The notes under the pieces were generated by a model. The model was not told the DNA's origin and did no database searches. It saw nothing but the letters and a program-made list of their open reading frames with translations. 32,000 nt of DNA from Trichlorobacter lovleyi SZ (GTDB lineage: Bacteria > Desulfobacterota > Desulfuromonadia > Geobacterales > Pseudopelobacteraceae): contig NC_010814.1 of the NCBI RefSeq assembly GCF_000020385.1, forward strand, positions 3,360,001 to 3,392,000. The letters are read 5' to 3'. Shown piece after piece: positions 8,601-17,615 of the stretch. How positions within the stretch are numbered: position 1 is the stretch's first letter; each line of letters starts with the position of its first letter. The position numbers and the translations under genes were made by a program.

Positions 8601-9796
8601 GCCTCTATCTCCTTGAATATGCTCTCCAGAATCTCAATCATCCGGTTTACTTCCTGCTTGCTGACCGTCAGGGGAGGCACAAAACGCAGCACCGTGTCAT
8701 GGGTCACATTCAACAGAACTCCCTTTTCATGTCCCTTTTTAACGATATCACCACCGGGAATTGAGAGCGACATGCCGATCATCAGGCCGATACCTCGCAC
8801 CTCCTTGACAAAGGAATAGCGGCTACCCAGCCTCTCCAGCTCGCCATGCAGGTATTCACCCATCTCCTCAGCCCGGTTCAGCAGCCCCTCCTCAAGAATT
8901 GCCCGTACCGTTGCCACCGCAGCAGCGGTTACCAGCGGGTTACCCCCAAAGGTAGAGCCGTGGGTGCCAGGCACAAATGAAGCTGCCACCTCATCCCGTG
9001 CCAGCATGGTACCGATCGGCGCACCACCTGCCAGTGCCTTGGCAAGGGTCATGATGTCCGGTGTAATACCAAAGTGTTCATAGGCAAACAACTTGCCGGT
9101 ACGCCCCATTCCCACCTGCACCTCATCCAGGATCAGCAGCAGCTGGTGACGGTCACACAGCTCCCGCACCCCTTGCATATACTCCATGGAAGGGATATTG
9201 ATGCCCCCCTCCCCCTGAATCGGTTCCAGCATAATGGCGCAGGTCTGGGGAGTAACGGCCGCCGACAACGCAGCCAGATCATTGAACGGCACATGGGCAA
9301 AGCCGTGCAGCAGGGGGTCAAAAAAGCGCTGTACCTTCTCCTGGCCGGTGGCAGAGACCGTGGCCATGGTACGGCCATGAAACGAGTCGGCAGCGGTAAT
9401 GATACCGTAGCGCTCAGGATTATTGTGTTTCTCGCGGCTGTATTTCCGGGCCAGCTTGATGGCAGCCTCGTTGGCCTCAGCCCCGCTGTTACAGAAAAAG
9501 GCCTTATCTGCAAAGCTGTGGCTGCAGAGCAGTTCGGCCAGCTCAATCTGTTGGGGGATCTGGTAGTAGTTGGAGCAGTGGATCAGAGTGGCAGCCTGGT
9601 CCTGCAGCGCCTTGACCACCTTGGGATGACAGTGCCCCAGATTGTTCACCGCCACACCGGCCAGAAAATCCAGATATTCCTTGCCGTCAGCATCCCACAG
9701 ACGGCACCCTTCGCCTCTGACCGGCACGATCGGATAGCGTCCATAGGTCTTCATGATTACCTTGTCAGACCGTTCGACCCATTGCTGATTCGTCAT
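8597..9796 (-). CDS. argD: Acetylornithine aminotransferase
   Basis: 399 aa class-III aminotransferase with LILDEVQVGMGRTGKLFA and the PLP lysine in TLAKALAGG. Located between argB and argF. Confidence 0.92.
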   Translation of the reverse strand: MTNQQWVERSDKVIMKTYGRYPIVPVRGEGCRLWDADGKEYLDFLAGVAVNNLGHCHPKVVKALQDQAATLIHCSNYYQIPQQIELAELLCSHSFADKAFFCNSGAEANEAAIKLARKYSREKHNNPERYGIITAADSFHGRTMATVSATGQEKVQRFFDPLLHGFAHVPFNDLAALSAAVTPQTCAIMLEPIQGEGGINIPSMEYMQGVRELCDRHQLLLILDEVQVGMGRTGKLFAYEHFGITPDIMTLAKALAGGAPIGTMLARDEVAASFVPGTHGSTFGGNPLVTAAAVATVRAILEEGLLNRAEEMGEYLHGELERLGSRYSFVKEVRGIGLMIGMSLSIPGGDIVKKGHEKGVLLNVTHDTVLRFVPPLTVSKQEVNRMIEILESIFKEIEA

Positions 9797-9807
9797 TTCT
9801 GTCTTCC

Positions 9808-10389
9808 TCAGTTCTGCTTTAGTACCTTGATCCTGCCATCTGCCACATAGCCCGCTTTACGCAATTCCTGAATGTAGGCCACATCATTTTTCCAGTCAAT
9901 GGTCAGGTCCAGCTTACCCGTCCCCTTCTCTGTGGCTGCCTGCAGACGGAACTCATACTCGCCCGGGTCAAGCTTGTAACTGAGCCCCTTGCTGGTGGCA
10001 AAGTCCTCATTCAGGAACAGAATGATATCCCTGCGGGGTTTTGACAGGGCGGGACGAAAGACCCCTTCCTGTTTCGCGTTGGCGGCATAGGAAGAATACT
10101 TGCCGTCATAGCTCTTGGTCTGCTTGACGTACAGCACCACCCTGAACTTTTTGCCGCCATCCGCCTGGGGGCCAACCGGGTCAGTCAAGCAGACCAGTGC
10201 CCACATCTCCTTATTGAAATCCAGTTCCGTGACAGCTTCCGGCAGCGGCTTGTCACGATCTATCTCGCGGTCAAAAAAAGTGATCGTGCCCGGTGTCTTG
10301 CCCGCACACAGCTCTTTTGCCTGGACAGCAGCAACGGTTACCAGAAGCGACGCCAATACAACAACTGCACGTGCAAGCCTTTTCATCAT
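9808..10389 (-). CDS. Secreted protein of unknown function embedded in the arg operon
   Basis: Start moved to the ATGATG at 10389, which is preceded by AAGGGG at 10395-10400. Signal peptide MMKRLARAVVVLASLLVTVAAVQA-KE. The mature ~170 aa carry no motif I recognise. Confidence 0.6.
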   Translation of the reverse strand: MMKRLARAVVVLASLLVTVAAVQAKELCAGKTPGTITFFDREIDRDKPLPEAVTELDFNKEMWALVCLTDPVGPQADGGKKFRVVLYVKQTKSYDGKYSSYAANAKQEGVFRPALSKPRRDIILFLNEDFATSKGLSYKLDPGEYEFRLQAATEKGTGKLDLTIDWKNDVAYIQELRKAGYVADGRIKVLKQN

Positions 10390-10410
10390 GGAATCCCCTT
10401 CCATAAACGC

Positions 10411-11289
10411 TTATTTGGTTATCTCCGTCCCGATACCGACATCCGTAAAGATCTCAAGCAGAACCGAATGCTCCATCCTTCCGTCAATAATATGAGCCTT
10501 CTTCACGCCATCATTCAGTGCCTCGGCGCAACAGACAACCTTTGGTATCATGCCTCCGGTGATTGATTCATCTTCAATCAGTCGATGCATCTGGGCAACA
10601 CTGATCTTCTGGATCAATTGTTTGTCCTTGTCCAGCACACCCGGGGTGTCAGTCAGCAGGATCAGCTTCTCTGCATTTAAGGCTGCGGCGACCCGGCCTG
10701 CCACAACGTCGGCATTGATGTTGTAACTTTCGCCGGCCAGCCCGACACCAACCGGGGCAATCACCGGCAGATAGCCGCCCTGTTCCAGGGTCTTGATCAG
10801 GTCCGTGTTGACCTTGACCACATCCCCTACATAGCCGATGTCGATCTGTTCAATCGCGCCGTCCTCGCCGGTCACTTCCTGCAGCAGCTTTTTGGACAAC
10901 AGCAGACTACCGTCCTTACCACAGAGACCAACCGCCTTACCACCATGCTGATTCAGGTAGCCTACCACCTCTTTGTTGACCTGTCCCACCAGCACCATCT
11001 CAACCACCGACATGGTCTCGCCGTCAGTCACCCGCATGCCGCGCACAAACTCGGAGACAATCCCGTAACGTTTCAGAGTTTCATTGATCTGGGGGCCGCC
11101 GCCATGCACGATCACGGCATTGATACCCAGCGACTTGAGCATGATCACGTCCAGGGCAAAGGACTCCTTCAACCGTTCGTCCGACATGGCATGACCGCCA
11201 TACTTGATTACAAAGGTTCTGCCTGAGAAACGCCGGATATAGGGCAGCGCCTCCATCAGGGTATTAGCTTTATCAATAAGATGTTTCAC
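10411..11289 (-). CDS. argB: Acetylglutamate kinase
   Basis: Motifs [16 protein letters not shown] and VHGGGPQI. I prefer the GTG at 11289 (292 aa, GAGGAG about 10 nt upstream) over the longest-ORF GTG at 11310, which would overlap the upstream gene by 14 nt. Confidence 0.93.
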   Translation of the reverse strand: MKHLIDKANTLMEALPYIRRFSGRTFVIKYGGHAMSDERLKESFALDVIMLKSLGINAVIVHGGGPQINETLKRYGIVSEFVRGMRVTDGETMSVVEMVLVGQVNKEVVGYLNQHGGKAVGLCGKDGSLLLSKKLLQEVTGEDGAIEQIDIGYVGDVVKVNTDLIKTLEQGGYLPVIAPVGVGLAGESYNINADVVAGRVAAALNAEKLILLTDTPGVLDKDKQLIQKISVAQMHRLIEDESITGGMIPKVVCCAEALNDGVKKAHIIDGRMEHSVLLEIFTDVGIGTEITK

Positions 11290-11296
11290 AACGCAA

Positions 11297-12397
11297 TCAC
11301 TCCTCTGCACAGGTAAGGTTAATGGTCACCGTGGTCCCCTGCCCCAGTTGGCTGTTGACCGCAATTGAACCGCCATGCTGTCTGACGATTTCCCGCACGC
11401 AGAACAGGCCCAGGCCAAAGCCCGGGATCTGTCCGGTGGCGTCGGGGTCAACCTGATAAAACCGTTCAAAGATCTTAGGCATTTCCTCTTCCGCAATACC
11501 ACAACCGCTATCCCGGATTGCGATCTCCGCATGGCCTCCGGCACGGGTCAGCCTGATGGCCACCGTAGCGCCATCACTGGAAAACTTGAAGGCGTTTTCC
11601 AGGATCTGCTGCAGTGCAAACATAAGCCGGTCGCGGTTGCCAAGCACCGCCGCTGAGGTTTCCAGTTCAAGTAAGAGCGTCATATTCCGCTTTGACGAGA
11701 CACGTTGCACAGATTCCGCGGCACTCTTTACCACCTCGGTCAGATCAAACCTGGCTGGTTCTCCTCCCGCACCCCCCAGTGCCTGATGCATACGCACCAG
11801 TGAGGTCATGAGGCAGGAAAGTGCCTCCAGGTCCTCCCGCATTGAAACCAGCCGCAGGTGACAGGCCTCGGTCGGGTGCAGCCGTGAGGCATAGCGTTCC
11901 AGCTCTTCAAGCCCCAGTGACAAGGAGGTTAGCGGCGTCTTCAACTTATGGGAGACAAGCGAGAGAAACGCCCCTTTCAGGCTGTCAAGGCTGTGCATGG
12001 CAGCCAGTTCTTCCTTCAGGGCACGTCTGCCAAGCGCCTTCTCAATTGCTGTCTGCAATTGCAACAGATTAACCGGCTTCTGGATAAAGTCATCGGCATC
12101 GGCCCGCAAGGCCTCCAGTACCGTTTCCTTGTCTCCAAAGCCGGTCATGATCAGAACCACTGCATTGGGATCGTTTCGTTTAATCTCTCGCAGCAGGTCG
12201 ATGCCGTTCCCGCCCGGCATCTGCACATCAGTCAGCACCATATCAACCGGTTCAGCAGCGTAGCAGGCCAGTGCCTCCTGAGGTGAACCGGCCTGCAGAA
12301 TCCGATAGTTCCTCAGCCCCTTGCTACAGAGGTCGCGGATGACCAGCTCATCATCCACCACCAGTATAACAATCTGCTTTCCGGAACGATTCAGCAT
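11297..12397 (-). CDS. Hybrid response-regulator receiver / histidine kinase (REC-HisKA-HATPase_c) with no sensor domain
   Basis: 366 aa. REC domain: VVDDE, phospho-acceptor D57 in [13 protein letters not shown]107. H-box SHKLKTPL (H150). N, G1 and G2 boxes: [27 protein letters not shown]. Confidence 0.88.
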   Translation of the reverse strand: MLNRSGKQIVILVVDDELVIRDLCSKGLRNYRILQAGSPQEALACYAAEPVDMVLTDVQMPGGNGIDLLREIKRNDPNAVVLIMTGFGDKETVLEALRADADDFIQKPVNLLQLQTAIEKALGRRALKEELAAMHSLDSLKGAFLSLVSHKLKTPLTSLSLGLEELERYASRLHPTEACHLRLVSMREDLEALSCLMTSLVRMHQALGGAGGEPARFDLTEVVKSAAESVQRVSSKRNMTLLLELETSAAVLGNRDRLMFALQQILENAFKFSSDGATVAIRLTRAGGHAEIAIRDSGCGIAEEEMPKIFERFYQVDPDATGQIPGFGLGLFCVREIVRQHGGSIAVNSQLGQGTTVTINLTCAEE

Positions 12398-12402
12398 GCC
12401 TG

Positions 12403-15033
12403 CTACCCCATGAGTGCTGACACAGCAGCAAGTGCTTCCGGCAGCTTTTCAGGCTGGCTGCCACCGGCCTGTGCCAGTTCAGGCTTACCGCCGCCACGTC
12501 CGCCAATAATCGGTGCCAGCGTACCTACCAGCTCACCGGCCTTGAAGCGGCCGGTCAGATCCTTGGTTACCGTTACCAGCAGGTTCGCCTTGCCGTCCAG
12601 CTCAGCCCCCAGCACGACAACACCTGAACCGAGCTTGTCGCGCAGCTGATCGGCCATATCACGTAGTGCCTTGATGTCAACGACCTGTACCTGCACCGCC
12701 AACAGCTTAACCCCACCCGCCTCCTGCACCTGGCTTAACAGATCGCCGGACTGGGCTGTATTCAGCTTGCCCTGCAGAGACTCTACCTCGCGTTGCAGTT
12801 CCCGTTGACGCTCCACCAGCTTTTCAACCCGGTCAACCAGCTTGCTGCTATCAGCTTTGAGCAGCTCAGCCACGGTCTGACGTTCACCTTCAAGACGGCG
12901 GACAAAACTCAAGGCATTAAATCCGGTGGCACCTTCAATCCGACGCACTCCGGCAGCAATCCCGCCTTCCGACAGAATCTTGAACAGACCGATATCACCG
13001 GCTGCCCGCACATGGGTACCACCGCACAGTTCGGCGCTCACCTCACCGATCCGCACAACCCGCACGGTGCTGCCGTACTTTTCATCAAACAGCGCAGTTG
13101 CTCCGCTCTCCACCGCCTCCTGCATCCCCATTTCACGGATGTTCAGCTCGGCATTATCCATAATCCAGCCGTTGACCAGATCTTCAACCTGCTGCAACTC
13201 TTCAGGAGTCACACCGGTAAAGTGAGTGAAATCAAACCTCAGGCGATTTGGTTCAACCAGTGAGCCGGCCTGCTTGATATGTTCGCCAAGCACCTGGCGC
13301 AAGGCCGCCTGCAGCAGATGGGTGGCAGAGTGATTGCGGGCAGTTGCCCGGCGCTTATCAATGGCAACGGTCAGGTTGACCGCGTCTCCGGTCTTGATGG
13401 CCCCCTCTTTGACCAATGCATGATGCACCACCAGATCCGTGAAAGGGCGGGAGGTTGCCAGCACCTCAAGACGGGCGCTGCCACTGGAGATACAACCGGT
13501 ATCGCCGGCCTGGCCACCTGACTCGCCATAGAACGGGCTGGTATCACAGATCAGATCAATCTTGTCTCCGGCTGTTGCCGACTGCACCTTCTTGCCATCA
13601 CGCAGCAGTGCCGTGACCGGCGAAAAGGCGGTCAGGCTGCCGTAGCCGACAAAATTGGTCCGCAGACCATGATTGTGCAGTTCCTTGTAGACATCGGCAA
13701 TCCCGGCAGCCCCGGAGCCTTTCCAATGCTCGCGCCCCAGCTCCCGCTGATGCTCCATGCAGGCCTCAAAGCCCGGTTCATCGACACTGAACCCTTCAGC
13801 TCTGACGATATCCTCGGTCAGATCCACGGGAAAGCCAAAGGTGTCATAGAGTTTGAAGAGGGTCTCACCGGGAATAACGGAACAACCGCCGGCACGCAGA
13901 CTGGCAACTTCCTCATTCAGAATCGCCAGACCACGGTCAAGGGTCTCGTTGAATCGTTCCTCTTCGGCCAGCACCACCTTGCGAATATAGGTCTCACGCT
14001 CGGCCAGCTCCGGGTAGGCATCCCCCATCATTTCCCGCACCGCATCCACCATCCGGCAGAGCAACGGCTCGGCCACTCCCAGCATCTTGGCATGACGGGC
14101 AGCCCGGCGCATGATCCGGCGCAACACATAGCCGCGTCCTTCATTGCTGGGCAGAGCACCATCACAGATCAGGAAGGTCACTGCCCGGCAGTGATCAGCG
14201 ATCACCCGCATCGAGACGCTATCCTTTTCATTATCGCCATATTTCTTGCCGCTGTGACGTTCGATATGACGGATAATCCCCTGCAGCAGGTCAGTATCGT
14301 AGTTGGAGCGAACCCCCTGCATGACCGTGGTGATCCGTTCCAGCCCCATCCCGGTATCCACGGCCGGTTTGGGCAACGGATGCAGCACGCCGTCAGCCGT
14401 GCGATTGAACTGCATGAAGACATTGTTCCAGATCTCCATGTAGCGGTCACAGTCGCAGCCTACGGCACAATCAGGCGAGCCACAGCCCACCTCAGGACCG
14501 TTGTCCCAGAAAATCTCGGTACAGGGACCGCAAGGACCGGTGTCCCCCATGGACCAGAAATTATCCTTTTCACCAAAGCGATAGATCCGCTCGCGAGGCA
14601 CGCCCTCCTGTTGATGCCAGATATCGGCCGCCTCATCGTCATCGGTATAGACCGTCACATACAGGCGGCTGGTATCCAGCCCCAGATCCTTGGTCAGGAA
14701 CTCCCAGGCAAAGGCAATCGCCTCCTTCTTAAAGTAATCACCAAAGGAAAAGTTGCCCAGCATCTCAAAAAAGGTATGGTGGCGGGCAGTGCGCCCAACG
14801 TTTTCCAGATCGTTATGCTTGCCACCGGCCCGGACACATTTCTGGGAGGAAGCAGCCCGGTAATAGCCCCGGTCCTCCATCCCCAGAAAACAGTCTTTAA
14901 ACTGATTCATACCGGCGTTGGTAAACATCAGGGTCGGATCGTTCTGGGGAATCAGCCCTGAACTTGACACCACAACGTGTCCCCGATCCTCAAAATACTT
15001 CAGAAAACGTGCGCGAATTTCATTACCGGTCAT
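12403..15033 (-). CDS. alaS: Alanine--tRNA ligase
   Basis: 876 aa with class-II motifs ([29 protein letters not shown]), editing-domain HSATHLL...CGGTH, and a C-terminal DHHA1-like [15 protein letters not shown]. Confidence 0.97.
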   Translation of the reverse strand: MTGNEIRARFLKYFEDRGHVVVSSSGLIPQNDPTLMFTNAGMNQFKDCFLGMEDRGYYRAASSQKCVRAGGKHNDLENVGRTARHHTFFEMLGNFSFGDYFKKEAIAFAWEFLTKDLGLDTSRLYVTVYTDDDEAADIWHQQEGVPRERIYRFGEKDNFWSMGDTGPCGPCTEIFWDNGPEVGCGSPDCAVGCDCDRYMEIWNNVFMQFNRTADGVLHPLPKPAVDTGMGLERITTVMQGVRSNYDTDLLQGIIRHIERHSGKKYGDNEKDSVSMRVIADHCRAVTFLICDGALPSNEGRGYVLRRIMRRAARHAKMLGVAEPLLCRMVDAVREMMGDAYPELAERETYIRKVVLAEEERFNETLDRGLAILNEEVASLRAGGCSVIPGETLFKLYDTFGFPVDLTEDIVRAEGFSVDEPGFEACMEHQRELGREHWKGSGAAGIADVYKELHNHGLRTNFVGYGSLTAFSPVTALLRDGKKVQSATAGDKIDLICDTSPFYGESGGQAGDTGCISSGSARLEVLATSRPFTDLVVHHALVKEGAIKTGDAVNLTVAIDKRRATARNHSATHLLQAALRQVLGEHIKQAGSLVEPNRLRFDFTHFTGVTPEELQQVEDLVNGWIMDNAELNIREMGMQEAVESGATALFDEKYGSTVRVVRIGEVSAELCGGTHVRAAGDIGLFKILSEGGIAAGVRRIEGATGFNALSFVRRLEGERQTVAELLKADSSKLVDRVEKLVERQRELQREVESLQGKLNTAQSGDLLSQVQEAGGVKLLAVQVQVVDIKALRDMADQLRDKLGSGVVVLGAELDGKANLLVTVTKDLTGRFKAGELVGTLAPIIGGRGGGKPELAQAGGSQPEKLPEALAAVSALMG

Positions 15034-15036
15034 GTA

Positions 15037-15357
15037 CTATTTTCCTTCCTGAGCTGGTCGACGTTTATCAGCTGACGGCAGGTCAGTGGGCAGCCAGGTT
15101 TCAATATAGCGGCCATTTTCGTCGATTTTATTAATATAACGTTTCACCTCGCCGGTATGGGTGTCCAGTAAAAACACGGCCTGGTGAACATAGGTCTCCT
15201 TGCGCTTGAGATCAAAGGTGGTGTAGCTGCCCTGAAACAGGGCATACCGTCCGGTCTCCTGATTTGGCGTTGCAGCCTTGACCGGATTGGCAAACGCTAT
15301 GATCGGCACGATCAACAGGGCCAGATAGAGGCCCACCATTCTGCCATATCGTTTCAT
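15037..15357 (-). CDS. Small secreted protein (106 aa), last gene of the envelope module, 3 nt upstream of alaS
   Basis: SD GGGAGG. Signal peptide MKRYGRMVGLYLALLIVPIIAFANPVKA-AT. No recognisable family. Confidence 0.6.
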   Translation of the reverse strand: MKRYGRMVGLYLALLIVPIIAFANPVKAATPNQETGRYALFQGSYTTFDLKRKETYVHQAVFLLDTHTGEVKRYINKIDENGRYIETWLPTDLPSADKRRPAQEGK

Positions 15358-15366
15358 GTTGCCTCC

Positions 15367-17592
15367 CTACTCAACCACCAGCACTGCCGATGGTTCGCTT
15401 TCCAAGCCATCACCGTCCTCTGCCGTCACATACAGCTCCAGCTTGCCGGACTCAGTACACCGCCACTCGGTTGCTTCAACCGTTGTCAGCTTCTGCCCCC
15501 CCATAAAACTCTTCTTGTAGAGATGATATCGTTTCACATCTGCCTGGCCGGACCGTTGCCAACTGACAAGACGGGTCGTCCTGTCTTTCAACTGCAGTCC
15601 CTCAACCGGCTTTGGCAGTGCCTTGGTAGTACCCTTGACCGAGACAGACATCGGACTCATCAGCCCATCGCGGTCAAGCGCCTGCAGCCGGTAGAGATAG
15701 CTCGTGCCATCTTTCAGTTCAGTATCCACCAGTGTTGTTGCACTGGTCCGCTGAAGCTGTTTAAACTCACCGTCTGCCTGTTGTCTGAAGAGAACATATT
15801 CTGCGATATCAGGCTCAGGATTTTTTTGCCAGCGTACCGAAATCCTGCGTGGCTCACCGGATGCTGCGGTCAGACCTGAGGGTGCTGCCGGCAACGCCTT
15901 GGTGGTGGCATTGGAACGGGCACTCAGAGGGCTGACCGCACCACCTGCGTTAAAGGCGGCAATCACATAGGAATAGGTCGTGGCGTCCTTGAGCGGTTCC
16001 TCAGCATCGCGGTACGAGCGTTTGTCGGCGGTCAACTCGGCAATTCTGACCAGCTTTTCCTGACCCGGTTCGCCACGGTACAGATAAAAGCCACTCACTT
16101 CATCATCAGCAACGGCAGCTGATTCCCAGGTGAGTGTAACTCTTCTGGGCTCCCCCTGCAGTGCGGTCAGCTTGAGCGGTACCGGCGGCAGATCACGGGT
16201 TGTTGCGGCGACCTCTCCAGAAGGCCCGCCAGTTCCCAGCTCCTTACTGAATGCCACGATCCGGTACCAGTAGGTGGTTTTGTCCGCCAGCCCCGTATCC
16301 AGATAACTGGTCTGCAGGCGGTCGTTCATGGTGGCGATCACCTGGTAGGGACCTTCTTTGGCCATTGCCCGCTGAAGAACATAACCGTTCACACCGGCAA
16401 ACGGATGAACTGGCCAACTCAGCGCTATGCGCCGTACCTTACCACTGCCGGCCGTGAGAGCACTGGTTGCCGGCGGCGTTGTCAAGGAAAGCTGTACCGA
16501 TTGTTCACTTTCAGCACCAGCCAGGTTGTAGGCGGTCATGGTATACAGATAGGTGGTGCCATCCTGCAGCCCCTGGTCACGGAAGACGGGTTGGTCGTCC
16601 GCGACTCTGGCGATTGGAAGAAATTCCTTTTCGGCTGCTGAACGCCGATAGATCCGGACCCCTTTCGGCAGGGTCCTTTCATCGCTTCCTGGGCAGGGGC
16701 GTTGACGCCAGCTCAATATGGCCCCGCCGAGTATCGGCTCAACATTCATAAAGATCGGAACCGCAGGCGCAACCGACGTCGCCCCGCGCACAACGGCTGT
16801 CGGCTCGCTGGCCGTACCACCTTGGCCAACAGCCGTCACCCGATAGAAGTAGGTCTCATTCAACCGCAACGGTTCATCACTGTAGCCCGGCTCGGTTACA
16901 GTGCCGACGGTGGTAAACGGTCCCTGGGGCTCATTGGCCCGCAGAACCAGATAACCGACCACGCGTTCCGGCGAGGGATGTCTCCAGCGCAGACGGATCG
17001 CGCTGGTAGAACCAACAGCCTCAAGGGCCGCAGCAGGGGCAAGCGGTTTGGACAGTTCCGGTGCTGTTACAGCTTCAGCAGATCTCTGAGCAGCCTGGCG
17101 AATCCGCAGGGCCAGCTCCTGCAGTGAGCGGGTGGCATCAGCCTCACTCAGCCGCAGCTTTTCAGTCAGAATTACCCGTTGTCCCCGCAGGTTGAGTACA
17201 CTCAGTTCCATCAACATTCCCTGGGACTGGGTCGTCACACTGCCGCTGACCAGATACTCCACCCCCAGCCGCCCCCCAAGCCGTTGCAGTTCTGCACCGG
17301 AAAGGGAATCAGACCTGACCCCCTCCAGATCCATGGCAGCCTCAAGACGTTTGCGTTCAGCAACCTCAAATGAGCCGCTTCGCTCCAGCTCATTCAGCAA
17401 CAGCGTGGTCAGATATTCGGTAAAACTCATGGCCTCGATAGTCCGGGCCACAAACGGTACGCAGCCCAGCTTGGCCTTCAACTGCTGTTCAGCCGCCTCA
17501 ACCGGACTCAACTGGATACAGAGCATGATGACAACAGTAAGCCAGGCCACTGCCGTCAGGCACATTTTTTTACACGTGTCAGTGATTCCCAT
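15367..17592 (-). CDS. Exported protein: CsgG/LpoB-like N-terminal module followed by six fibronectin type III repeats
   Basis: Start placed at ATG 17592 (GGAGAG SD, 7-nt spacer); the track ORF begins at TTG 17613. Signal peptide ends ...QLSPVEA-AE. Residues ~46-158 read VPFVARTIE...LLNELERSGSFEVAERKRLEAAMDLEG...GVEYLVSGSV...LSVLNLRGQRV. These are followed by six repeats of ~90 aa with the W...GY.lyR...Y.D..l...t.Y.Y.v.A pattern. Confidence 0.75.
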   Translation of the reverse strand: MGITDTCKKMCLTAVAWLTVVIMLCIQLSPVEAAEQQLKAKLGCVPFVARTIEAMSFTEYLTTLLLNELERSGSFEVAERKRLEAAMDLEGVRSDSLSGAELQRLGGRLGVEYLVSGSVTTQSQGMLMELSVLNLRGQRVILTEKLRLSEADATRSLQELALRIRQAAQRSAEAVTAPELSKPLAPAAALEAVGSTSAIRLRWRHPSPERVVGYLVLRANEPQGPFTTVGTVTEPGYSDEPLRLNETYFYRVTAVGQGGTASEPTAVVRGATSVAPAVPIFMNVEPILGGAILSWRQRPCPGSDERTLPKGVRIYRRSAAEKEFLPIARVADDQPVFRDQGLQDGTTYLYTMTAYNLAGAESEQSVQLSLTTPPATSALTAGSGKVRRIALSWPVHPFAGVNGYVLQRAMAKEGPYQVIATMNDRLQTSYLDTGLADKTTYWYRIVAFSKELGTGGPSGEVAATTRDLPPVPLKLTALQGEPRRVTLTWESAAVADDEVSGFYLYRGEPGQEKLVRIAELTADKRSYRDAEEPLKDATTYSYVIAAFNAGGAVSPLSARSNATTKALPAAPSGLTAASGEPRRISVRWQKNPEPDIAEYVLFRQQADGEFKQLQRTSATTLVDTELKDGTSYLYRLQALDRDGLMSPMSVSVKGTTKALPKPVEGLQLKDRTTRLVSWQRSGQADVKRYHLYKKSFMGGQKLTTVEATEWRCTESGKLELYVTAEDGDGLESEPSAVLVVE

Positions 17593-17615
17593 GCCGCGAC
17601 TCTCCAGAATCAAAC

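Noticed and set aside
7719-8819. 366-aa ORF on the + strand, antisense to argF/argD. Similar antisense ORFs occur at 9074-9850, 5443-6075, 6414-6863 and 17132-17695.
   Set aside because: All lie antisense to genes with strong family motifs. They have skewed composition and no recognisable domains or ribosome-binding sites, so I treat them as non-coding shadow frames.
13669-14961. 430-aa ORF on the + strand, antisense to alaS
   Set aside because: It lies entirely inside a well-supported aaRS gene. Its product is low-complexity and rich in Gly, Pro, His and Gln, with no motifs and no SD. This is a typical shadow ORF of a GC-rich coding region.
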